Program-made: the position numbers and the translations under genes
DNA from: an uncultured Candidatus Rokubacteria bacterium
GTDB taxonomy: Bacteria; Methylomirabilota; Methylomirabilia; Rokubacteriales; CSP1-6
NCBI GenBank assembly: GCA_963758635.1
Contig: CAVWWD010000003.1
Span: 928,001-992,000 of the forward strand
DNA: 64,000 nucleotides
Direction of reading: 5' to 3'
Shown: one piece after another, positions 10,192 through 19,996 of the stretch
Position numbering within the stretch: the first letter of the stretch is position 1
Layout of the letters: the number at the start of each line of letters is the position of its first letter
Notes under the pieces: model-generated
What the model saw: only the letters and a program-made list of their open reading frames with translations
Told to the model about the DNA's origin: nothing
The model's database searches: none

Positions 10192-10701
10192 ATGTTCGGG
10201 CTCGGCTGTTCCTGGTATCGATCCCGCCTCGAAGCGCAGGCCAGCGGACGACTCGAGGGCCGCGCCGCGGTCGGCCTCAGCCGCCATCTCGGTCGCTGCG
10301 AGGCCTGCCGGCGTACGGTCGAGGCGTTCGCCCGCATGCGCTCCCTGGTGCGAAGCGCGGCGGCGGCGCCCGGCCCGTCCGACTGGACCGGGTTCTGGCC
10401 GGCGGTGCGCGTCCGCATCGAGACCGAGGCGCCACGGCCCATCCGCGACTCGTGGTGGCTGCCCTTCTGGAAGCCGATCTGGGGGCACCCTCGGCTCGCC
10501 ACCTCGGCGGCGATGGCCGCCGCGCTCCTGATGGTGATCTCGCTGCAGCCCGTGGGCAACGACGGGTCGGCCATGCCGGTGACGGTCCACGACGTGACGG
10601 CCAGCGATCCGCGGGGCAGCGTCATGGTGTACTCCAGCCAGGACGCTACCGTGATCTGGATGTTCGCCGCCGATACCAGCGGCGCCGGCACCGACGACTG
10701 A
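10192..10701 (+). CDS. Zinc-finger (zf-HC2) anti-sigma-factor-like membrane protein
   Basis: HLGRCEACR (HxxxCxxC), a single TM helix and a short C-terminal domain. Confidence 0.7.
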   Translation: MFGLGCSWYRSRLEAQASGRLEGRAAVGLSRHLGRCEACRRTVEAFARMRSLVRSAAAAPGPSDWTGFWPAVRVRIETEAPRPIRDSWWLPFWKPIWGHPRLATSAAMAAALLMVISLQPVGNDGSAMPVTVHDVTASDPRGSVMVYSSQDATVIWMFAADTSGAGTDD

Positions 10702-10850
10702 TCGCCCCGCCTCCTCACGACCCTGACGGGTTCGCCAGCTTTTCCTTCGGCCTGGATGTTCGCCGCCGATACGAGCAGTGCGGCCGGCGACGGCTGATTG
10801 GCGTCCCGGCGTCCTCATGACCCTGACGGGTTCGCCAGCTTTTCTCTCGC
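10657..10850. repeat. Diverged ~95-bp tandem duplication spanning the 3' ends of two convergent genes
   Basis: CTGGATGTTCGCCGCCGATAC at 10657 and 10752; GACCCTGACGGGTTCGCCAGCTTTTC at 10719 and 10819. Confidence 0.85.
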
Positions 10851-11676
10851 CAGCGGCGCTTCCTGCGGACTGGGGGAAGTGCTCGATCAGGTATCGCAGC
10901 CGCGCCTCCGCGAGGCGCGGCTGCTTGAGCTCGATCAGAGCCAGGGCCTCCTTGTAGAGGGCCGTCGGCACCCGCTCACCTCTCGGATAGTTCACGACGA
11001 CACGCCGGAACTCCTGAACGGACTGCTCGAGGTGACGCGTCGCCTCGTCCCGGCGGCCAGCGTCGGAGCTGGCTCGCGCCATCCCGAAGTACGCCTCGCC
11101 CACCGAGTACTGGGCCTTGTCGGCGAGCGGGGAATCCGGGAACCTGCGCACGAACTCCCGGAAACCGGAGATGGCGAGCGGATAGTTGCCCTTGGTCAGG
11201 TCGAGCGACGCGGCCTGGAAGGCCTGCTCGGCGCTGGTTCCGTCCGCCGCCCCCCGCGGCGCGGCGGGGGCGATCGGGGGCGTGGGCGCCGTGGGCTGGC
11301 CGGCGGGCGCGCTTCCACGAGCGGCCACCTGACGGCTCAGCGCGTCCAGGCGCCCCGACACGTCCTCGAGCCGGGCCGACACCCGGCCGAGCTCGGCGGC
11401 GATGTTGTCGAGCCGGGTCGACAGCGCGTTGACCTGTCGCGCCGTCTCCGCCGACTCCGTCCGTGTGCGGCGATCGGTCTGGCCGACCGACGTCTCCGTC
11501 TCGGCCCGGCTCCGGTGCACCGCGAGCGTGAGGGCGTTCAGGTCCTTGCGGAGCTGGGCCACGTCCTGGGGCAGGCTCTCGTCGCCGGTGGCGCAGCCGC
11601 CGGCCATGGCCGCCGTCGCGAGGAGCCCGAAAACGACGAAGGGGAGCCCGAGGCTCCCCTTCGGGTGCTGCCGCAC
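10815..11676 (-). CDS. cpoB: Tol-Pal-associated CpoB/YbgF (coiled coil plus TPR); frameshift near 10865
   Basis: Lipobox-like GGC, coiled coil, FPDSPLADKAQY, YPRGERVPTALYK; lies downstream of pal. Confidence 0.8.
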
Positions 11677-11690
11677 CGCGGGCGCTCGAC

Positions 11691-12288
11691 TTAGCGTGCC
11701 TTCACCAGGAAGTGGGCGTGCCGGTTGCGCTGCCAGCAACTCTCGCTCTTCTCGGTGCACACCGGGCGCTCCTCGCCGTAGGAGATGATCGTGATGCGAT
11801 TGGCCTGGACGCCCTGGGTCACCAGGTAGTTCATCGTCGCCTTCGCCCGGCGCTCGCCGAGCGCCAGGTTGTACTCGTTCGTGCCGCGCTCGTCACAGTG
11901 TCCCTCGATCAGGACCAGCATGGTGCCGTTCGACTTGAGCCAGCTCGAGTTGTCGTCGAGGATCTTCGCGTCGCTCGGACGGATGTCGTACTTATCGAAG
12001 TCGAAGTACACGTCCTTGAGCGCCGTGTTCTCCGCGAACTCGCTGGGCGCGGGCGGCGTCGCGGGCGCGGCGGTCGCCGGCGCGGGCGGCGGGGGCCGGC
12101 GCGGGGGCGGAGGCCGACGGCGTCGACGGTGAGGCGGCCGCAGGGGCGCTCGGGGCCATCGCGGCGGGGGCCGCGGGAGCCGGTGCGGATGCCGCCGTCG
12201 TGGCGGGCCGCTTCGGGCACCCCACCAGGAACAGCGCGGCGATGAGCAGGGGCATCACCAGGAGCGAGCTACCGCGTCCGTGCCGCAT
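11691..12288 (-). CDS. pal: Peptidoglycan-associated lipoprotein; frameshift near 12080
   Basis: LVGC lipobox; VYFDFDK, IEGHCDERGTNEYNLALGERRA, ISYGEERP. Confidence 0.92.
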
Positions 12289-12396
12289 AGCCTCACATCC
12301 TCCTTGTGAACAACCGTTGGAGCCCGACCGGGCCATCGAAAGAGCGTCCCGCCGCGGGATCGCCGATGTCCTCGCTAACTTTTCGCCGAGAGTCTA

Positions 12397-13737
12397 TCAC
12401 GGAAGCCGCGGGGACCAAGCGGGACTTGCCGCGTCTCCCGCGCCGCGCGGCACCGCGTGCTGCTCGGAGCCGTCGGCGAGCATCGTGAAGAGCCCGATGC
12501 CGCGCCCGCGCGTGGACTGGAACACGAGGTGACGGCCGTTCGGCGACCAGGACGCGCTCTCGTTGTCGCCGGGCCCCGCGGTGAGCCGCCGCGCACCGCT
12601 GCCGTCCGGGCCCACCGCCCACAGGTCGTGATTGCCCTGCCGCGAGGTGTAGACGATCGCGTCGCCCTTGGGCGACCAGCGCGGCTGGGTGTTGAAGCCG
12701 CCCTGGGTGATGCGCCGGACGTTCGTGCCCTCCGCGTCCATCACGTAGACCTGTGCCGCGCCGCTGCGATCCGACACGAAGGCGATCTCGCGGCCCGTGG
12801 GCGACCACGACGGCTCGGTATCGATCCCCGGATGCGTGGTCACCCGGCGGAACGTACCGGCGGCCACGTTCAGGACGTAGACCTCCGGGTTGCCGTCCTT
12901 CGACAGGGTGAGGGCCACCGATCGCCCATCCGGGCTCCACGCGGGCGAGCTGTTGATGCCGAGGTGGCCGGCGAGGAGCTGCACGGGGCGGCGCTCGAAC
13001 GGGAACATGCGGTAGAGGTACGGATAGCCGCGCATGAACGACGTGAACGCGAGCGAGCGCGTGTCGGGGCTCCACGCCGGCGACATGTTGATCGACTGGT
13101 TCGCGGTGAGGGCGGCCACGCCCACCCCGTCGTAGTCCATGAGCTGGAGCTCGCGCACGCCGCGCTGCGGGGTGATGAACGCGATCTTGGTGTCGGCGAT
13201 GCCGGCCTCGCCCGTGAACTGGAGCACCACCTCGTCGGCGATGCGGTGGGCGAGCCGCCGGGACTCGGCCGGCGGCACCGCGAACGTCTTGGTCGCGATC
13301 TGGCGCTGCTCGGGCGACGTGAGGTCGTAGAGGCGCATCTCCGCCTCCGCGCGGTCCGCGCCCGCCCGCACCACCCCGTGGAGCGCGGCGTGCGCGCCCG
13401 CCGCGGCGGCGTCGGCCCACGCCTTGCGGAGCGCCTCGGCGTCGCCGGGCGGCGGCGCGGGGGCCCCCGCCACCACGTTGAAGAGCGCGGAGAACGTGAG
13501 GTCCTTGCCCGCGACCTCGGAGAGCCGGCGGCCCAGGGTGGGATCGGCGGCGGCGCCCGTGACCGCGAACTCCGGCACGAAGATGTTCAGCCGCTGGGCG
13601 CCGCTGCGCATCACGTTCAGGAACACGTCGGCGCCCTGCGATCGCGCGGGGGGCGCGCCGGTGAGGACGAGCCCCGCCGTCACCACGAGCACGGCGGCGA
13701 GCAGGGCCAGGAATCCGCGGAAGGGGCTCATCGGCAT
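12397..13737 (-). CDS. tolB: TolB beta-propeller protein
   Basis: PAWSPD/PSWSPT PD40 repeats, LAHRIADEV; tol operon context. Confidence 0.92.
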   Translation of the reverse strand: MPMSPFRGFLALLAAVLVVTAGLVLTGAPPARSQGADVFLNVMRSGAQRLNIFVPEFAVTGAAADPTLGRRLSEVAGKDLTFSALFNVVAGAPAPPPGDAEALRKAWADAAAAGAHAALHGVVRAGADRAEAEMRLYDLTSPEQRQIATKTFAVPPAESRRLAHRIADEVVLQFTGEAGIADTKIAFITPQRGVRELQLMDYDGVGVAALTANQSINMSPAWSPDTRSLAFTSFMRGYPYLYRMFPFERRPVQLLAGHLGINSSPAWSPDGRSVALTLSKDGNPEVYVLNVAAGTFRRVTTHPGIDTEPSWSPTGREIAFVSDRSGAAQVYVMDAEGTNVRRITQGGFNTQPRWSPKGDAIVYTSRQGNHDLWAVGPDGSGARRLTAGPGDNESASWSPNGRHLVFQSTRGRGIGLFTMLADGSEQHAVPRGAGDAASPAWSPRLP

Positions 13738-14532
13738 CAGCCTCGCTCGGGTCGGAGCTCGAAACGGAACATCACGCGCAGCGATGCGCGGCTCCAGTCC
13801 TGGGGAAGGGGCGGGAATGGGCTGGCGTCGGCGATGGCCCGCAGCGCGGCCTGATCGTAGAACGTGTTGCCCGACGTCTTCTCGATCCTCGGCGGCCGGA
13901 TCGACCCGTCCCGCTGGATCTCGACCATGATGAACGGCTTCTGGGCCGGCGCCTGCGTCGGCCCCTGGCGCTGCCACTGGTCCTCGACCTTCTGGAGCAC
14001 CTGCCGCAGGTACCACGCGTACGGGAAGTCCGAGACGTCGAGGGCGAGGGTCCCCACGCCGGTCACCGACCCCGTGGCCAGGCCGGCGGGCGGAGGCGGG
14101 GCGGGCCGCGCCTCCACCGGATCGCCTGCGCGCGAGGCGGTGGGAGGCGGCGCGGGCCGTGGTTGCCGATCGGCGGGGCTGGACAGCGGCGGCGCCTCCT
14201 TGTCCCCGGGCCGGGGCAGGGCCACCGGCCGCGACGGCAGCTGCGGGAGCGCCGGCGGGCTGTTCGGAAGCTGGACCGGCTCGCGCGCCCGCGCCTCGCG
14301 GGGCGCCGGCTCGGGAAGCTTGACCTCCCGCGTGGGCGGCACGACGGTCGGACGAGTCGGCAGGGGCGGACGCGACTCGCCCCGGGGCGTGCCGACGGCG
14401 GCCACCGCGGGCACGAGGTTCACCACGTAGGTCTTCGAGGTCTCCCAGCCGCTCCACACCACCAGCGCGGCGAGGCCGCCGAGCAGCGACGACGTGGCCG
14501 ATGGCCGAGATGGTCAGCGCGGCCACGGGCAC
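13737..14532 (-). CDS. tolA: TolA/TonB-family energy transducer; frameshift near 14490, start uncertain
   Basis: TM helix with SxxxH, Pro-rich linker, SGNTFYDQAALRAI and PFPPLP C-terminal domain. Confidence 0.75.
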
Positions 14533-14625
14533 GCGGGGGCGCGTGAGGGCGAGGCTCGGGCGCCGGGGCGACCACGAGAGGGAGCCCGCGCGCGGGCGCG
14601 GGATAGCTCTCCGCGCCGAGGGCGC

Positions 14626-15064
14626 TCAGCGTTCCCTCGTGGGCTCGGTGACCATGCCGAGCTTTTCCACGCCGGCCCTGCGGATCCGGTCCATGGTCTC
14701 GACCACGAACCCGTACTGGAGCGCCTGGTCGGCCTTCAAGTAGAGCGTCTTGTCGGTCCGGTCCTTCATGGTCTCGCGCAGCCGCCCGTCGAGCCCCGAC
14801 ATGGGCACCGGCTTGTCGTTCAGGAAGACGGTCTGGTCCTTCGTCAGGGTCAGCACCAGGCGCTCCTCGGTGGCGGTGGGGCGGCCGGTGCTCTTGCGGC
14901 AGGTTCACGTCGATCCCGCGATGCATCAGGGGCGCGGTCAGCATGAAGATCAGGAGGAGGACGAGGATCACGTCCACCAGCGGGATGATGTTGATCTCCG
15001 AGAGCGTGGGTCCGATCCGGTACGCCCCGCCGCTTCCCTCCGACGACTCGAGCCTAAACGCCAT
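14626..15064 (-). CDS. tolR: TolR/ExbD; frameshift near 14900
   Basis: SEINIIPLVDVILVLLLIFMLTAP, LKADQALQYGFVV. Confidence 0.88.
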
Positions 15065-15791
15065 CTTTCACCCGCGCGGCCTTCGGGGCCGGCCGCGCGA
15101 AGAGGTTGAGCAGGTCGAGGGCGAAGCCTTCCATCTCCGTGGCCCAGTGCTTCACGCGGTTGACGAAGAAGTTGTACGCCATGACGGCGGGAATGGCCGC
15201 GCCCAGGCCGGCCGCCGTCGCGATGAGCGCCTCCGAGATGCCCGGAGCCACCACGGCGAGGCTCGCCGAGCCCTGCTGCCCGATGCCGTGGAAGGCGGCC
15301 ATGACGCCCCACACCGTGCCGAAGAGGCCGATGAAGGGCGCGGCGCTGGCCGTGGTGGCGAGGAAGGGCAGGAACCGCTCCATGCGGGAGACCTCGCCCG
15401 CCGCGGCGCGTCGCATCGCGCGATTCACCGCGTCCACGCGCTCGGGCCCGAGGCCGTCCTCCGCCTCGTCGAGGGCGTGGTCGATCATGTCCGCGCCCCC
15501 GAGCGCGCCGCCCGCCTCCTGGCAGCCCGCGACGTAGAGCTGGGCGAGGGGACTGTCGCGGTACTTCTTGGCCGCGGCGAAAACGGCCGAGAACCGCCGG
15601 CCTTCGCGGAAGACCTTGAGGAACCGCACCGACTCCCGGCGGATCTTCCTGAACTGCCACCACTTCTCGACCATCAGCGCCCAGCAGACGACGGAGAGGA
15701 CGCAGAGCACCAACAGGACGACCTTCGCCATCGGGCCCGCGTTGAGGACGAGCTCGAACACGCTCGAGTCGAGGGATCCGCTGCCTTGCAC
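15054..15791 (-). CDS. tolQ: TolQ/ExbB proton channel
   Basis: LATTASAAPFIGLFGTVWG, PGISEALIATAAGL; SD AAGGAG before GTG. Confidence 0.92.
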   Translation of the reverse strand: MQGSGSLDSSVFELVLNAGPMAKVVLLVLCVLSVVCWALMVEKWWQFRKIRRESVRFLKVFREGRRFSAVFAAAKKYRDSPLAQLYVAGCQEAGGALGGADMIDHALDEAEDGLGPERVDAVNRAMRRAAAGEVSRMERFLPFLATTASAAPFIGLFGTVWGVMAAFHGIGQQGSASLAVVAPGISEALIATAAGLGAAIPAVMAYNFFVNRVKHWATEMEGFALDLLNLFARPAPKAARVKDGV

Positions 15792-15841
15792 TCGGAGCTC
15801 CTTATCGCGTGGCTCGGGGACGAACCGGGAATTGCTTCCGA

Positions 15842-15905
15842 ATGATACAGAAGGGTCCGGAAACGTGTCAATCAATTGACACCGAAAGCAGTCGCGCCGT
15901 ATAAG
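15842..15905. promoter_or_regulatory. Back-to-back sigma70 promoters for tolQ and lgt
   Basis: Palindrome GTGTCAAT-CA-ATTGACAC (15865-15882) gives TTGACA on both strands; TATCAT (-) and TATAAG (+) at 18-nt spacing. Confidence 0.6.
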
Positions 15906-16012
15906 CTGGCGAAGGGTTTTTCCATGCTCATCCCCGCGCACTCCCGTCGTTCGACGCGCCCCACGCCGCCCGTATTCCGCCCGGAGGCGGTGAAAGCGCG
16001 GCCGGCGCGCCC

Positions 16013-16798
16013 ATGATGTTCCGCTCGCCGGGCCCGATCGCCTTCCAGATCGGCCCGTTCAGCCTCCGCTGGTACGGAATCCTGATGGCCACCGCGATGG
16101 CGCTCGGCCTCTGGCTCGCGTACCGCGACGCGCAGCGCCGCCACCTGGATCCCGAGAGCCTCCTGAAGGCCGCGGAGCTCGCGCTCCTCGGCGGCCTCGT
16201 GGGCGCCCGCCTCTACTACGTGCTGTTCAACCTCGACCACTACCTCCCGAACCCGGCCAAGATCGTCGCGGTGTGGGAGGGGGGGCTCGCGATCCACGGC
16301 GGCGTGATCGGGGGCATCCTCGTCGGGGGCGGCTACGCGATGCGCCGGGGGCTCCCGGTGGCGAAGTACCTCGACATCGCGGCGCCGAGCCTGGCCCTCG
16401 GGCAGGCGATCGGGCGCTGGGGCAACTTCTTCAACGAGGAGGCCTTCGGCACCCCCACGGAGCTGCCGTGGAAGCTCTTCATCTCGCCCGCGCACCGGCC
16501 CCTGATCTACGCCCAGGACCAGTTCTTCCACCCCACGTTCCTGTACGAGTCGCTCTGGGACCTGGGCGTGTTCGCGATCGTCTACTGGGTCCTCCGCGAC
16601 CGGTTCGCCCGGGCGCCGGGGGCGCTGTTCCTCGCCTACGTCGGTCTCTACTCGCTAGGCCGCTTCGTGACCGAGGGGATCCGCACCGATCCCCTGATGC
16701 TCGGGCCGCTCCGCATCGCCCAGGTGGTGAGCGTGCTCGGCGTCGCCGCCGCGATCGTGGCCGTCCCGCTCCTGCTCCGGCGCGCCCGCCAGGCGTAA
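16013..16798 (+). CDS. lgt: Prolipoprotein diacylglyceryl transferase
   Basis: LRWYG, GARLYYV, GGLAIHGG, GRWGNFFNEEAFG, HPTFLYES. Confidence 0.95.
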   Translation: MMFRSPGPIAFQIGPFSLRWYGILMATAMALGLWLAYRDAQRRHLDPESLLKAAELALLGGLVGARLYYVLFNLDHYLPNPAKIVAVWEGGLAIHGGVIGGILVGGGYAMRRGLPVAKYLDIAAPSLALGQAIGRWGNFFNEEAFGTPTELPWKLFISPAHRPLIYAQDQFFHPTFLYESLWDLGVFAIVYWVLRDRFARAPGALFLAYVGLYSLGRFVTEGIRTDPLMLGPLRIAQVVSVLGVAAAIVAVPLLLRRARQA

Positions 16799-16812
16799 AC
16801 GCCGGCCGGACC

Positions 16813-17604
16813 GTGCACTTCGCGTTCCTCGGCACGTCCAGCGCGCTTCCGTCGCCCCGTCGCGACAACACCGCGATGGTGTTCGTGGGGCGGAGCGACT
16901 CCGTCCTCGTCGATTGCGGCGGCAGCCCGCTGCAGAAGCTGCTCCTCGCCGCGGTGGATCCCGCCACCCTGGCCCACGTGGTGATCACCCACCTCCACGT
17001 GGACCACGCCTACGGTCTCCCCGCGCTGGTGCAGAGCCTGATCCTGACGCGACGCGAGGCGCCCCTCACGGTGTCGTGCCGCGAGGAGCACGTCGAGCCG
17101 CTGCGGGCCGTCCTGGGCGCGTTCGGGCTTCTCGGCCGCCCGGGCGCGTTCCCGCTCGAGCTCGTCGGGGTGCCGGCGCGGCAGGGCGCGCCGGTGGCGG
17201 CCACCGCGTCGTTCAGGATCACCGCCGCGCCGAACGATCACGGGACCATGCCGAACCTCGCCGTCCGCGTCGAGGCGGCAGGCGGGGGCACGGTCGTGTA
17301 CTCCTCCGACACCGCGCCGTGCGACGCCGTCGTGGAGCTCGCGCGGGGCGCGGAGACGCTCGTCCACGAGGCCACGTTCACCGCCGCCCGCGAGTCGCCG
17401 CGGGTCGGCGCGCACTCCACGGCCGCCGAGGCGGGCGAGATCGCGGCGCGCGCGGGCGTCCGGCGGCTGATCCTGACCCACATCGACCCGGCCTTCCACG
17501 ACGACCCGGCATCGCTCGTCCGCGAGGCGGCCGCGCGCTTCCCGGGCGAGGTGGAGATCGCCGAGGAGCTCGTGCCGTATCCCATTCCGGCCCGCGCGTC
17601 ATGA
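16813..17604 (+). CDS. RNase Z/BN-like MBL-fold hydrolase
   Basis: FLGTSSALP, THLHVDH, YSSDT, HEAT, HST, LTH motifs. Confidence 0.85.
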   Translation: MHFAFLGTSSALPSPRRDNTAMVFVGRSDSVLVDCGGSPLQKLLLAAVDPATLAHVVITHLHVDHAYGLPALVQSLILTRREAPLTVSCREEHVEPLRAVLGAFGLLGRPGAFPLELVGVPARQGAPVAATASFRITAAPNDHGTMPNLAVRVEAAGGGTVVYSSDTAPCDAVVELARGAETLVHEATFTAARESPRVGAHSTAAEAGEIAARAGVRRLILTHIDPAFHDDPASLVREAAARFPGEVEIAEELVPYPIPARAS

Positions 17605-18410
17605 CCGGCCCGGCGGGGACGGGCGGCGGCGAGGAGCCTCGAAAAGGCATGAGCCGGCGGCCGTTTCTACTTCGATTTCCATGTGCGCTCGGCTCGCCTG
17701 CGGCTCACCTCGCGAGCGCTATACGCAGCCGGGACGGCCGCCACCGGCTCTACGCCCGCGACAGCCGGGACCTGTCTCCGATCGCCACCGGGAGCGTCGG
17801 CGTCATCGTGACCTCACCGCCCTACTGGCAGTCCGGACGCGGGGTTGCCGCGGCCGATCGCTACGCGAGGACGCTCGCCGAGCGGTTCAGCCCGGAGTGG
17901 CGCCGCGTGCTCTCGCCCGGGGGAGATCTCTGGATCGTCATCGGCGACCGTCACGACGGCCGCGAATGGGCGGGGATCGACGGCCTCCTCACGAGCTGGC
18001 TCAGGCAAGCGGGGTTCGGGCTTCAGGCCAAGGGGTGCTGGGCCCAGACACGCTCGCGCGAGCGGTGGTACGACCGCATCAACCACGTCCTTCGCTTCCG
18101 GAAGGCCCGCCGGCGCGCGCGGCCCACCTCCACGACGCTCGCCTGGATGCTGCCGCTCCCGCGCTCCCATCGCGAGAGCCAATGGGACGCCACGCCGGAC
18201 CCGATCATCCGGACGGCCATCTCGGAGAGCGCCCGGCGCGGCGCCGTCCTCGATCCGTTCGCGGGCGCGGGCACGGTGGGGCTCGTCGCCGCAGCCATGG
18301 GACGAGCCTGGATCGGCGTGGAGCGCGATCCGAAGATGGCTGCCCTGGCCGCCCGCCGGCTCGGCCTTCGTCCGATAACGGGCCCCGGAGCGCGTCCCGC
18401 CGGCGTGTAA
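17601..18410 (+). CDS. Orphan N4/N6 DNA methyltransferase, beta class (start 17601 or 17649)
   Basis: IVTSPPYW motif IV precedes VLDPFAGAGT motif I. Confidence 0.8.
   Translation: MTGPAGTGGGEEPRKGMSRRPFLLRFPCALGSPAAHLASAIRSRDGRHRLYARDSRDLSPIATGSVGVIVTSPPYWQSGRGVAAADRYARTLAERFSPEWRRVLSPGGDLWIVIGDRHDGREWAGIDGLLTSWLRQAGFGLQAKGCWAQTRSRERWYDRINHVLRFRKARRRARPTSTTLAWMLPLPRSHRESQWDATPDPIIRTAISESARRGAVLDPFAGAGTVGLVAAAMGRAWIGVERDPKMAALAARRLGLRPITGPGARPAGV
17687..17713 (-). repeat. GNA-triloop/tandem G.A hairpin repeat
   Basis: Minus strand GC-GA-GGT-GA-GCC-GCA-GGC-GA-GCC-GA-GC; near-identical to copies at 63340 and 63409. Confidence 0.8.
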
Positions 18411-18422
18411 GACTTGCCTGGG

Positions 18423-18533
18423 CCGTGCCACTTTGGCACGGCAACGCTGTTCCAAGTTCCTCGCGAGCAGCTTCCAAGGCATTGCCACATCTTGCCGATT
18501 CGGTGCGGCGGCCCTGCGTGGCATGGGCGTTGC
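18423..18533 (+). promoter_or_regulatory. Sigma54 promoter with upstream palindromic activator site
   Basis: TGGCATGGGCGTTGC (GG-N10-GC) at 18519-18533; CCGTGCCA-CTT-TGGCACGG at 18423-18441. Confidence 0.7.
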
Positions 18534-18609
18534 TCCTCCAGGGACCCACGGCACGCCGGCCTTGCTGGCGCGCCGGACGACCTTCACAGCTTCCAAGGAG
18601 GATGTACCG

Positions 18610-19336
18610 ATGAGAGGCACGCGGATCAGCTTGGCGTTGATCGGGGCCGTGACGTTCCTGTCCGTCGGATGCGCGACGAGGGCGTACGTGCGGGAGCAGG
18701 TGCAGCCTACCCAGGCGCAGCTGGCCCAGACCAACCAGCGGGTCGACGCGCAGGAGACTCAGCTGAAGCAGAACGTCGAGCCTCTCCGAGACCAGCCGCA
18801 TGCGGCTCGACACCCTCGACGGGCGCATGGGCGAGACGCAGACGACGGCGAACCGCGCGGCCGCTCGCGCCGAGGAAGCGGCGGGCAGCGCGGCCGAGGC
18901 CAACCGGAAGGTCGACTCCGTGTCGGAGCAGGTACGCGACCTCGACGGGCGGCTCACGGCGCGGATCGCCAACCGCAACAAGTTCAGCTCCCTCGACACC
19001 CGCAGCATCTTCTTCGACTCCGGCAGGTCTGACCTGAAGGACGAGGGCATGACGATGCTCCTCGAGGTGGCCAAGGCCCTGAAGGAAGACCCCAACGCGA
19101 TCGTTGAGCTGCGCGGGCACACCGATGGTGTGGGCAACGAGCGGCAGAACGTGCTCCTCTCCCGGGAGCGCGTGGACGCCGTCGTGCGCTATCTCGTGCA
19201 GAAGGAAGGCGTCGAGCTGCGGCGCATCCACTCGGTGGGACTGGGCAAGGCCGTGCCCGTGGCCGATAACAACACCCGCGAGGGTCGCGCCAAGAACCGG
19301 CGGGTCGACGTGACGTTGCTGTCTCCCCAGAGCTGA
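18610..19336 (+). CDS. OmpA-domain coiled-coil lipoprotein; frameshift near 18780
   Basis: SVGC lipobox, coiled coil, GHTDGVG, LSRERV, EGRAKNRRVD. Confidence 0.85.
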
Positions 19337-19364
19337 TCCGGGATCGGATCGGCGGAGCCCGCGG

Positions 19365-19970
19365 ATGAGGCGTGAGGGCGCCGTGCTCGCCCGGCGGATC
19401 GCGAGGCCGATGGTCGGGCTCGTGATCCTGCTCGGAACGGGCGCGTGCGTCCTCCCGCCGACCGCCGCGTTGCCGCCGGTGCAGCCGGTCAGCGCCGACG
19501 CGCGCGCGCTCCGCTACGGGGCCAGCGCGGCGGAGATCATGAATCATCCCGCGCTCCGCGACGGCGTCGTCGCGCTCTACCAGGCCGAGGGGATCCCGCG
19601 GAGCGGCCTCACCGCCCTCGGCGCCCCGCCCCCCGAGTTCTTCGCCCGGACCGAGTCGCTCCGGCTCCTGCGCGTCGGTGATCGCGTCTACATCGCCGCC
19701 GTCGGGTGCGCGCCCGCGGCCTGCGCGGCGCGCCGCGGCCTCCTGCTGGTGCGGGAGGACGGCGGGGAGCTCCTGTCGCGGCTGGACGAGGGGGGCTTCT
19801 CGCACTACTACGTCCACGGCGCCGGGGCCACTGCCGGCCCGGGCGTCCAGGCGCTTCTGGACGAGGCCTGGTACGTGTCGATGCGGGCCGCCGTCGTCGG
19901 CGTCGTCGTCGCCGGGCTCCGCTCGCTCGCCCTTCCGTCCCCCGCCGCTCGACCGTCCCCCGCCGGCTGA
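19365..19970 (+). CDS. Hypothetical lipoprotein
   Basis: TGAC lipobox-like signal and CxxxxC; no family recognised. Confidence 0.55.
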   Translation: MRREGAVLARRIARPMVGLVILLGTGACVLPPTAALPPVQPVSADARALRYGASAAEIMNHPALRDGVVALYQAEGIPRSGLTALGAPPPEFFARTESLRLLRVGDRVYIAAVGCAPAACAARRGLLLVREDGGELLSRLDEGGFSHYYVHGAGATAGPGVQALLDEAWYVSMRAAVVGVVVAGLRSLALPSPAARPSPAG

Positions 19971-19996
19971 GCGCCCCGGCGCGCCGGGGCGCCGGA

